Under the pieces are notes generated by a model. It did not search any database. It worked only from the letters and a program-made list of their open reading frames with translations, and was not told the DNA's origin. This document shows positions 10,633 to 19,946 of a DNA stretch of 62,848 nt, piece by piece. Source of the DNA: Elsinoe ampelina (lineage: Eukaryota); the NCBI GenBank assembly GCA_010093995.1, contig ML992501.1, positions 200,560 through 263,407 of the forward strand, written 5' to 3'. How positions within the stretch are numbered: position 1 is the stretch's first letter; every line of letters begins with the position of its first letter. The position numbers and the translations under genes were made by a program.

Positions 10633-13068
10633 ATGAGTAACAGACCATCACTGGCGCGCACTGCGCATGCACGCCACCCCCTGCCAGAGACTCAGTACCC
10701 TAGCTCGAGAGGGGATGGTGCAGCTGCCAACCCCGCACATAGACTCGACGACATTAGCAGCCGCAAGCGCTCAGCCGACCATTTGTCTGCAGAAGAGTCT
10801 CCGACCCCTCGTGTTAATCGATTGAGCCGGCAGCCTGTCAACGAGCATCTCAGCACGACTTCAAACGCTACTCGCAACCAAGCGCATACCAATGCTGCCG
10901 AGGCGGGTCCGAGAGGGCAAGGTCTGATAGGAGTCACGCGCTCCTACCAGCAGGACGAACATATCAACGAAATTCCACCACCAACACGCCCCAACAAGAG
11001 ACGCAGGGTCGATCTTGGCCGTCAGAGCGGGGAAGAGAGACCGATGACAGGCGATCTGGCCATCAGATCAAGCCCCGTCACGCCAGACACACCTGTAGCA
11101 GCACGAGTGACTATCGGTCCAAGATCCAACGACCGACAGATGAGCACGTCGACACGCCACAGCGATGGTCTTCTGCTGGCCCGTACCCACCCAAATCCAG
11201 AGAAAGCCGACCCCGAGGGAATATCCAGTTCTGGCGGCCCTCGCGGATCGTACAGGCGAGAACGTAACGCGGCTCTTCCAATGCCACCTCCTGCCAGGCC
11301 CAGGCGCAGCAACAATGTTCCTTCTCGCGTGGCCCGTGAGACTCCAAACATCAAAATTGAGGATGACACGACGTCGGCTCGCGGCGTCGGAAATCCCGCC
11401 ACCAGCTCCCAAACAGTACCAGGCGATTCGAGTAGGGCGCCCATCCAGAATGCCGCACCAGTGAGGTCCAGCTCGACCCGCTCAGGTCCCAACCAGGCTA
11501 CCTCGACTGGTAGGACTTCTCGCAGCAGCGCCACTGCACGCATCAAGCTGGAGGATAACGGCAGTGATCGACCCATCCTCCGCGACTCGAGATTCGAGTC
11601 TGTCTCTCGTGGGGAAGCTGGTACACTGCTTCAGGAGAGCAAGAGGTGTCTTGGGTATTACCTCGAGAAGATCACTGGAGAGAACACAAGAAAGTCGTTG
11701 AACGTCAGGACCGCGGCAACAGACAACGAGAGCCCGACCCCACAAGACACTCGCCCTGGTGCTCGCGAATGGTTCATCCGGAAGGCGTTGAAGACGATCC
11801 TCGTCGTGGTCCAAGATCCCATCACCAATCTCGACGAGCACGAGTCCTTGGAGAACGTCGAGCTCTACTTCTGCAAAAGCGACGCAGAAGCCACCGTCGT
11901 GAGCAAGGGCCAACTCGAGGGTCTCGCAAAAGGCATCCCGCTCATCATCCGCGACGCCACGGATTACAAATTCGAGGATTATGCAACCGCCGGCGATCCC
12001 ATCACGCAGTACCTCCACACCTTCTTCCCTGACATGAGGATCCAGGTGCAGGATCTCGAGCAGCCATGGTGGGCCGAGTCCACGGTCCAGATTCAGACAA
12101 GTGAGCTGCTCGATCGAGTCAATCGCAGCAGGCCTTCACGGAAGCAATATCACGCCCTGGACTTGCGCTTGGACGATGGTGATGCCGCGGCGACAGTGCC
12201 GAGGTTCCTTAGAAAGGACAGGGATACGTGGTGGTACAATGACCTCGACTCCCATATCAAGAGCCATGGGATTGGCAGGTTTCAAGGCATGGGTGGTGCG
12301 CACCGTCCGGTGCTTGAGGGCAGTCAGGTGGCATCCCGGAGCGGCCACGGCGTGTTGCCTCGCGCCGATGGCCTGGTCGCTTTCAACGAGAAGTGGCGCT
12401 ACGGGATGGTAGCGACAGGTGGCTGCGTTACCGCGCCATCGGAGGACTCGTTCGGATCATACTCGCACATCACGGTCCACCAGGGTAGTGTCCTTCTCTG
12501 CTGGCTTTCCGTGGCCCATACGACTGATGAGCAGAAGGACCATGTCTACAATGCCACCACGGAGGGTGCGCCAATCGACCTCAACCTCCCGTGGAGAGGC
12601 GTTGTGTTGAAGCCTGGAGATACCTTTGTCATGGCGCCGAGCACGACTTACGCCACCATTCGCGCTGAGGACGAGAGTACTCTGTGCTTCGGTGGCCAAT
12701 TCATGCGTCGCTCGGGGCTCGAGTCCTGGATCAAGGTGCTGAATCGCCAGTGGGGCCACCACAATGCTCAGAACGAGTACGAAGGATTTTCGGCGGACGG
12801 ACTACTCTGCCTGGCCAAGGAGGTCCTCGCAAAGGCCGGTCGTAATATGTCTGACAGTGGATTGACGGTGGATCATTTCGGCGGATTTGAGCATTTGATA
12901 CACCTTCTGCGCGAGGTGATGAAGTTGCGTGAGAAGAAGTCTTGTCCGATGTTGCAGGCAACCAGGATCTATTTGATAGAGCTGGCATTCAGTGGTAGAT
13001 GGAGAGCAATTCTGTTGAATGGGACAGCCAACCACGTTCTGCTTGATACAGCCGGCATTCAGTGGTAG
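10633..13068 (+). CDS. JmjC-like domain protein, paralogue C (metal ligands degenerate, SxD...Y; probable pseudoenzyme)
   Basis: ORF 10576-13068; first in-frame ATG at 10633 (MSNRPS). Same collinear blocks (KGIPLIIRDA, IQVQDLE, YHALDLR, GSQVASR, PRADG). Core is GCVTAPSEDSFGSY...LKPGDTFVMAPSTTYATIR, with S at 12439, D at 12445 and Y at 12649. The extreme C-terminus is uncertain because it overlaps a 70-bp duplication. Confidence 0.8.
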   Translation: MSNRPSLARTAHARHPLPETQYPSSRGDGAAANPAHRLDDISSRKRSADHLSAEESPTPRVNRLSRQPVNEHLSTTSNATRNQAHTNAAEAGPRGQGLIGVTRSYQQDEHINEIPPPTRPNKRRRVDLGRQSGEERPMTGDLAIRSSPVTPDTPVAARVTIGPRSNDRQMSTSTRHSDGLLLARTHPNPEKADPEGISSSGGPRGSYRRERNAALPMPPPARPRRSNNVPSRVARETPNIKIEDDTTSARGVGNPATSSQTVPGDSSRAPIQNAAPVRSSSTRSGPNQATSTGRTSRSSATARIKLEDNGSDRPILRDSRFESVSRGEAGTLLQESKRCLGYYLEKITGENTRKSLNVRTAATDNESPTPQDTRPGAREWFIRKALKTILVVVQDPITNLDEHESLENVELYFCKSDAEATVVSKGQLEGLAKGIPLIIRDATDYKFEDYATAGDPITQYLHTFFPDMRIQVQDLEQPWWAESTVQIQTSELLDRVNRSRPSRKQYHALDLRLDDGDAAATVPRFLRKDRDTWWYNDLDSHIKSHGIGRFQGMGGAHRPVLEGSQVASRSGHGVLPRADGLVAFNEKWRYGMVATGGCVTAPSEDSFGSYSHITVHQGSVLLCWLSVAHTTDEQKDHVYNATTEGAPIDLNLPWRGVVLKPGDTFVMAPSTTYATIRAEDESTLCFGGQFMRRSGLESWIKVLNRQWGHHNAQNEYEGFSADGLLCLAKEVLAKAGRNMSDSGLTVDHFGGFEHLIHLLREVMKLREKKSCPMLQATRIYLIELAFSGRWRAILLNGTANHVLLDTAGIQW

Positions 13069-13098
13069 ACCGAGAGCGTTCTTGTTTGGTGGGACAGC
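12973..13098. repeat. Diverged tandem duplication, period 70 bp
   Basis: ttgatagagctggcattcagtggtagatggagagc...gggacagc (12973-13028) vs ttgatacagccggcattcagtggtagaccgagagc...gggacagc (13043-13098). Confidence 0.8.
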
Positions 13099-13864
13099 GA
13101 GGAGTGGTTTTGATTCGAGTCCGAGAAGTTGTATGCTAGCGGTCGAGTAGATCTTTGAGAGAGCAGAGAAAGCATAGATAACCATAACATACTTTCGAAC
13201 GAATTCCTCTGATCCCGCTGCGGTATCCATCTCCACCTGGGCAGTGATGAATCATCCAGGTACCTGGCTTCAATTTCGCCACAGTCTGCAGCACAGCTAT
13301 GGGAGTGTCCGAATATGTCGAGACGAGTTCGAGTTACCTCAAAGCGGTTCCGAGAAGGTCACCATCTCAGATCTATGCTATTTCCAGGTGATACGTTGTA
13401 GGTAGCCCCGCTGGAGGCTTTCTGACGAGTCATCTCAAGGCTCGGCAGGACGTTCGATGTACAACCATACATCTGCTGATCATCTTCCGACCACTCAAAT
13501 CTGGCACAAAACATGACGTCGTCGTGGGTTGCAGTATATTGCAATCGCACACAAGGCGAAATAGATAAGCAAATGAAGGTGTGAGGTTCAGCTCCAAATT
13601 TCGACGTCAGTCGACCTCGGCAAATGCTCTCTCACACCACACGCCAGCCCGTTGGCCGCACCTCGACTATTCAGATCTCCACCTGCTCAAAGAGAGTATG
13701 CCAAAGCCGGTACTTCAGCGCAGCGTGACGCTGTCACGTCATACATTGGGTGACACAGAGCATGATAACAAGACAATCAATATACACCCAAACGCTGTAC
13801 AGATATGCTACTCCTCCACATCCTACCCACACATCTAAACCACTCCCCTCTCTTATACTCCAGT

Positions 13865-16800
13865 TTACCCAGTCGTCTCGACCCTCTCCCTCCTCCCCTC
13901 CCCCTCAATCCCGACCGCCCAAAACCTCCCCTCCCACTCCCCGCTCTCCTCCTCCCCCTTCACAACCTCATAATCAGGCAACGGCAACCAACCCGCCATC
14001 TCCTGCTTGATATCCCTACTGCTCTCGCCCACCCACACCGCGAACCTCCCCTTGGGCAAAACCCAATTCTGCACCCCAATATCCCAATAACTGAGATCTC
14101 GCCGTGTGAGCTCGAAACTAACGTGTTTCTTGCGCGCCTCGAGGCGTTCTGGCCCATAGTCTTTCAGGCCGAGGTGGATCTTGTCGAAGTTGCGCAGGAC
14201 GCGAGGGGGCATAGGGACGTGCTCGCCGAGGGAGTTGGTGATGTTGGGGGGAAAGGTGATGTACATTTGCACGACGGCGGCGCCAGGAAAGGTGCCGATG
14301 TTTTCGATGTCGCATTTTACGAGGGCGAGGGGTTTGTAGAGGTCGGGGTTGCCGCCTTGGCCGCCGCCTGCTGGGGAGGCGTGGGCCATGGTGCTGTAGC
14401 CGTGAGGGTAGGGGTAGGGTTTGCCGGGTTTGGCGTCCTCGAGGTGGTCGAGGTAGGGGTAGATGTATTTGTGAATGCGGCGGAAGCCGTCGGGGACGAC
14501 GGAACTGTTGGCGAGGGGGACGCGGCGGTCGACTGGAGGAACGGTCCCGGGTGGAGGTCGGGGGGCGGGGAATGGCTCGCGTGCAGGGATGAGAGAGGAA
14601 AGTTGAAGGTTGGAGAGGTGGAAGCGGGTGTAGGAGAGACCGTGTCCGAACTCGTAGCGTGGGGTGATGTTGTGGCGGTCGAAATGGCGGTAGTCAAGGA
14701 AGATGCCATCGCTGAAGTTCTGTTGGGGCACGAGGGCTTTGCTGGAGTAGAGGATCGTCGAGTTTGGACCATAGTCCGCAGCTTTTCTGGCGATGGTGTA
14801 GGGCAGCTTTCCTGATGGTGAATAGTCACCGTAGAGAACTTCGGCCAGAGCATTTCCAGACTCCTGGCCAGGAAGATGAGCAATCACGACTGCCTTGATG
14901 TTTGGCAGGTCGATGAATTGCTCCAAGATGACTGGCCCAACACTGTGAATCACAACAATGACAGGTCCTTGACCTCCATTACCACATTTCGAGGCCACTT
15001 GCTGCACAAGCTTATCGCCACCTTTCTGCGGTTGGAGGTCATTCCGGTCGCCCTTGACATCCTTCCAAGCCACGAAGCCTTCGCCAGCATCTGCGCTGAT
15101 GAAGACCATACAGATATCACATCTCTGAGCAGTGGCGTCCAGCTCAGCAGTGAGCTCATTACTTGGGACCTCGAAGAAATCGACCGAATCATTCCTGACC
15201 GTCCTCTTGATCGCCGTGGCAGGCGAGATTAGATACGGAAACTCGACAGCTCCAGAACCCCAACCACTCGCGAGCGTGTACTCATTGCAGGCTCTATCCT
15301 TGCATGCGTTTGGACCTTTCGGGTTGTCAAAAGCATCCTCTCCGAAGATACCTAGTCTCAACTTCCTATCCGGGCTTCTCGTCATTTCGAACCCATCCTT
15401 GTGCATAGGCAGCATGAATTCCTCGTTCTTGACCAGAACGATTCCTTCTTTCGCGACCTGTCTCGCAATCTTCCAGTGATTCGCCTGCGCTTTGACAAAC
15501 CAATTGACCTTTCCTGTCGTTTGATCGCTGCTTCCAGGATACAACAAGCCATTTTCCTCATCTGTCCAACTGCTAAAGTTCGGGAGTGTCTTGTTCTCGT
15601 ACGGCCATTCATCTTGGTTGTCCTGACCCATCTGATACCAAGCCGCCACAATCCTCAGCACCATGTCGTCCAATCTTTCCACAGGCACAGTCCCGTTCAG
15701 TACCGCCTTGGTGAGCTCTTTGCCCCATAGCGACTCCCCGTTCATCCATGTCAGGCCGTCACCCGGCATAGTCATGTCCAGTCCAGCCAGAGCACTCGCC
15801 ACGCCAGACCTTTGCGCAAGCCAGTCGCTCTGTACAAATCCCTGAAAGCCAAGCTCATCCTTCAGTATCCCGTTCAACAGCTTACTGTTCTGACAAGCAT
15901 AGCTGTTATTGACCATATTGTAGCTGCACATGACACTTCCCACGCCCGCGCGGATGCTGTCCGCAAACGGCCAGGCATACATCTCGTGTAATGTCCTGTC
16001 GTCGATATTACTGCTTATCGCGTTTGGCGTTCCCCATTCCCAGCTCTGTCTGTAGTGTTCCTGCTCGTTCGCGATGTAGTGTTTCGCCGTAGCAATCACA
16101 CCTTGACTCTGAATACCACGAATCGTCATCTCGGCCCCAACGCCCTGCAGGACTGGGTCCGAGCCAAATCCCTCAAAGTTGCGCCCGCCAGCGGGAAACT
16201 TGCCCAATGGACCCATACTTGGTCCGAGTATAACGTTTATGCCCTTTGCTTTTGCCTCTTTAGCGTGAGCGCGTCCTCGCTCGTACATGGCTGTGCGATT
16301 CCAGGTTGCGCCTACGGTGATGCCGGCTGGGAATGCGCTGGTATAGTCTGTGAACCGAAGACCTAGAGGTCCATCCTGCAGACAAAGCGAGGGGAATTTT
16401 AATCTTGGGACCGGCCCAGTATTGCCCACGCATGGTCCCATCATCCAACCAATGCCTGTTGTGATATTGACCTTCTCCACCAGTGTCATTTGCCGGACAA
16501 GGTCAGACGCTTTTCGGAAAGACTCGCCCCATGCTCCGTCTTGTCCGCCACGTGGTGCTGGGTACCATGGTGGGGATTGTCCGTCCAGCGGCACTGCGAG
16601 GGTAGTGACGGTGTAATAGCCACCACCAGATAGAACAAGGAAGAGAGCGCCAAAGCAGGCGAGGGTTACTAGGCAGCAGAACTTGGACGGGTAGCAGGAT
16701 AAGAAAGGTCGTCGAAACGAAGGCGAGGATCGGTACGATGATAGTTTCTCCGTGTCGAAGAGGCCGAGCAAGGAGGCCTTTGAATTGTAGCCATCCTTGT

Positions 16801-16966
16801 CTTTATAAGGAGTGGAAGATGCGAGAGGATCGTGCTCGGTCAGCGATTCGAAGGACGAACGCGACGAATGCGACATGTCGAACGTGTGCGACCTGGATTC
16901 GAGGGAATATGTCTCTTCTGGTGAGGGTGTACGGGAAGTAGAGTGGAGTTCATAGGACTCGGGCAT
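13865..16966 (-). CDS. Glycoside hydrolase family 3 beta-glucosidase with N-terminal type II membrane anchor (BglE-like)
   Basis: 1033-aa intronless ORF with GH3 motifs LCLQDGPLGLR, AKHYIANEQE, MCSYN, GFQGFVQSDW (nucleophile D) and PRYEFGHGLSY, plus a C-terminal FnIII-like region (VQMY...LRNFDK...LSYWD). Hydrophobic segment FCCLVTLACFGALFLVLSGGGYY follows a cytoplasmic N-terminus. Confidence 0.93.
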   Translation of the reverse strand: MPESYELHSTSRTPSPEETYSLESRSHTFDMSHSSRSSFESLTEHDPLASSTPYKDKDGYNSKASLLGLFDTEKLSSYRSSPSFRRPFLSCYPSKFCCLVTLACFGALFLVLSGGGYYTVTTLAVPLDGQSPPWYPAPRGGQDGAWGESFRKASDLVRQMTLVEKVNITTGIGWMMGPCVGNTGPVPRLKFPSLCLQDGPLGLRFTDYTSAFPAGITVGATWNRTAMYERGRAHAKEAKAKGINVILGPSMGPLGKFPAGGRNFEGFGSDPVLQGVGAEMTIRGIQSQGVIATAKHYIANEQEHYRQSWEWGTPNAISSNIDDRTLHEMYAWPFADSIRAGVGSVMCSYNMVNNSYACQNSKLLNGILKDELGFQGFVQSDWLAQRSGVASALAGLDMTMPGDGLTWMNGESLWGKELTKAVLNGTVPVERLDDMVLRIVAAWYQMGQDNQDEWPYENKTLPNFSSWTDEENGLLYPGSSDQTTGKVNWFVKAQANHWKIARQVAKEGIVLVKNEEFMLPMHKDGFEMTRSPDRKLRLGIFGEDAFDNPKGPNACKDRACNEYTLASGWGSGAVEFPYLISPATAIKRTVRNDSVDFFEVPSNELTAELDATAQRCDICMVFISADAGEGFVAWKDVKGDRNDLQPQKGGDKLVQQVASKCGNGGQGPVIVVIHSVGPVILEQFIDLPNIKAVVIAHLPGQESGNALAEVLYGDYSPSGKLPYTIARKAADYGPNSTILYSSKALVPQQNFSDGIFLDYRHFDRHNITPRYEFGHGLSYTRFHLSNLQLSSLIPAREPFPAPRPPPGTVPPVDRRVPLANSSVVPDGFRRIHKYIYPYLDHLEDAKPGKPYPYPHGYSTMAHASPAGGGQGGNPDLYKPLALVKCDIENIGTFPGAAVVQMYITFPPNITNSLGEHVPMPPRVLRNFDKIHLGLKDYGPERLEARKKHVSFELTRRDLSYWDIGVQNWVLPKGRFAVWVGESSRDIKQEMAGWLPLPDYEVVKGEEESGEWEGRFWAVGIEGEGRRERVETTG

Positions 16967-17322
16967 CTTCTATCCTGTCGAGGCGCTGATCATGTTTGCT
17001 GGCGGACCAAACGAACGACGTGGGTAGAGAGCGAGAGGAAGCAGGGATGTCAATGAATGGATGTGCCGGTGTAACGCGACATGCAGATGGACGTTTTCTG
17101 CCCACGAGATGGAGTTCGAGATTCAAGCATCGATCCCTGAGACTTGCAGATTGCTAGCCTGACCGGTCCGCAGATCCACCCGCCCACGCGTGGGAGGTCT
17201 TGGCAGACATGCCGTTCACCCTTTCGACACGGAGCATGAGAACATGAAGCCGAAGTCAATGAGGACAATTCAATTGCACGCTACATATTTCCCTATTCCA
17301 ATAATAAAGTCTGATGAAGAAT

Positions 17323-19092
17323 CTACAATTTGGCAGCAGGGCTGGGAGCGCCGGCAGTGGTGATCTCATTGTACAGCAATCTGGTCACGTGTCAGCAACT
17401 ATCATTCATGTCGTTCAGGAGTGACTTACGAGGTCAGGAACTCATCATAGTCTTCACCTGTCACCTGTGTAGCAAAGTACTTGGCAGCCAAGTGGAACTT
17501 GTTGCCCTTTGCCGCCTTGCTGGCGAGCTCGTCTGCCTGTTCTTGGAGCAGACGGAGAGCATATTGCTTGTCGATCCGCTTACCGTCGGCGGTGCTTGCT
17601 TGGTGCTTCGTCCATTGCCAGAGTTGGGATCGAGACACTTCAGCAGTGGCAGCGTCCTCCATCAAAAAGTTGATCGGCACGCAACCAATACCTCGGAGCC
17701 AACCCTCCATGTAGCCGAGGCCGATATTGAGGTTCTTGCGGATACCGTCCTCGGTGATGGTACCATTGACGTTGGTGTTGAGGAGATCGTTGGCTGTCAC
17801 GTGGACATCCTCGCGACGCACGTGAAGCTGGTTGGGAGTGGGCATGTGCTTGTTGAAGACCTCGGCAGCAATACCAGCAAGAGCTGGGTGAGCAACCCAG
17901 GTACCGTCATGACCAGCGCGCACTTCACGGAGCTTGTCAGATCGGACTTTCTCCATGGCAGCCTCGTTGGCCTTGGGATCGTTCTTGATGGGGATCTGTG
18001 CAGCCATACCACCCTGATCTATGTTAGTCTGGATTCGCAACTCGGACGCGTGTCACTTACCATCGCGTGGACGCCTCGCCTGTGGCAGGTCTTGATCAGA
18101 AGTCTGACGTACGCATCCATGAACGGCGAAGTCATGGTCACGTCGTCTCTGTTCGGGAGGACAAAGTTGGAGTTGTTGCGGAATCGCTTGATGAAGCTGA
18201 AGATGTAATCCCAACGACCACAGTTGAGCCCAGACGAATGGTCTCTAAGCTCGTAAATGATCTCGTCCATCTCAAAGGCAGCAGTGATGGTCTCGATGAG
18301 GACGGTACCACGGATGGTGCCTCTTCGAAGTCCAACGTAGTCTTGTGCGAGGTTGAATACGTCGTTCCACAGCCTGGCCTCGAGATGGCTCTCCATCTTT
18401 GGTAGGTAGAAGTATGGACCAGCCCCTCTCTTGACAAGCTCTTGTGCGTTGTTGAAGAAGTAGAGACCGAAATCGAAGAGGGAGCCGGAAATTGGCTCAC
18501 CGTCTACTGTGAAGTGCTTCTCCTCGAGATGCCAGCCACGAGCACGGGCGATGAGTGTGGGAAGCTTGCGGTCGGTTCTGAGCTTGTACTCCTTGTCACC
18601 TTGCTTGAAGTCGACCTGTCTGCGGATTGCATCGTAAAGGTTGAGCTGTCCGTTGATCATGTTGTCCCAGGTGGGAGCGCTCGAGTCTGACCATGTCAGC
18701 TACCATCAACCCCAAGACTGGCTCTACAAACCTTCAAAGTCGGCCATGTATGTCCAGACATCAGAATTGAGCGCGTTGACAACCATCTTTCTGTCAGTTG
18801 GTCCAGTGATCTCGATTCTGCGGTCGACGAGACCAGGCGCAGGGGGGGCACCCCTCCAAGCATCGTTCTCGCGAATGTGACGTGTCTCGGGAAGGAAGTC
18901 GAGAAGGTTGCCCTTGTCGAGCTCTGCTTGACGGATCACACGTCGCTGGAGGAGAGCCTTGCGGGTACCATTGAAGGTCCTATGGAGAAGGGCAAGGAAA
19001 ACGGCAGCATCCTTGGACAAGATCTTGCGGGTCTGGTCATTGAGAGGGCCGAGGACCTGAACGCCCTGGAGAATTTCTTCGTTGGAGGCCAT
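17323..19092 (-). CDS. MLS1: Malate synthase (glyoxysomal), 4 exons, C-terminal PTS1 -AKL
   Basis: Motifs [68 protein letters not shown] introns at 18687-18731, 18014-18060 and 17381-17429 restore the frame. The last exon reads [18 protein letters not shown]. Confidence 0.96.
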
Positions 19093-19946
19093 TGTTGTTA
19101 TAATTACAGTACGGTATGGAGTTTGTGAGAAGGATAGAGCGGTTGGAAAAGAAATGGTCGCTACAAGACGTCACGGACGATTCGCACATGCCAGCTCCAT
19201 TGCCGAGGATGATCTCAACTGCGGGAGTCATCGAACTCGAACAGTGTCAAAGCAACCCTCCCCGAGCTCTGCCCCGGAGGAACCAACCCAAGCAGAGCGA
19301 AAAAGCCCCGCCGAGAGAACGTCTACCGGTCCCTCAGATCGGACAGAAGGGTCAGAGGCTCTCGAGGTGGATTGCAGTAGGAGGTTCAGATTGCGGGGAA
19401 GTGATGGACGCCCGCCTTTGGGGATGACTTCATTCGCTGATTCTAGTTCGTCCTCTATCGTCATCAGATCTACAGCTAATTATTCACAATGTCGATTTGT
19501 CCGTCATAGTCGATGTTGCTCTTCGCGGCACTTGTCTTCTATGTCCACTGCGATAGAAGCTCCTGGTCTGGTAGGAAGTGTACGGATATCAACGGCCCTG
19601 CCGCGGCTCGAGGGGGCTGTCATCTTTCTTTCACATGCAACAAGCCGAGGTCGGAATGTCATGCCGACCCCGAGCGATATGCTCCGAAAATGCCCGATTG
19701 CGGACTTGGAGACCAAGACAACCTTGATGAACTCCGTAATCGAAGACTCGTCCCTCCTCGTGACTGAACAAGGCTAAGGGAGCAGCAAGTAAGAGTGCAA
19801 GTCGGAGTATTATCATTACTCTACAGTCTTTTCTCTTCGCCACCGTCTGCCTTCCCTATCCACAGATTATGCAACATTCAGTATGCAATATCAATATCAT
19901 GAATCATCACGTTCCTTCCTTCCTCATACTCTCTCCCTCACTCCAT

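Noticed and set aside
1..13300. JmjC array as cargo of a Starship or KDZ/TET-JBP transposon
   Set aside because: No tyrosine recombinase, transposase or terminal repeats were recognised in the window. This cannot be excluded for sequence upstream of position 1.
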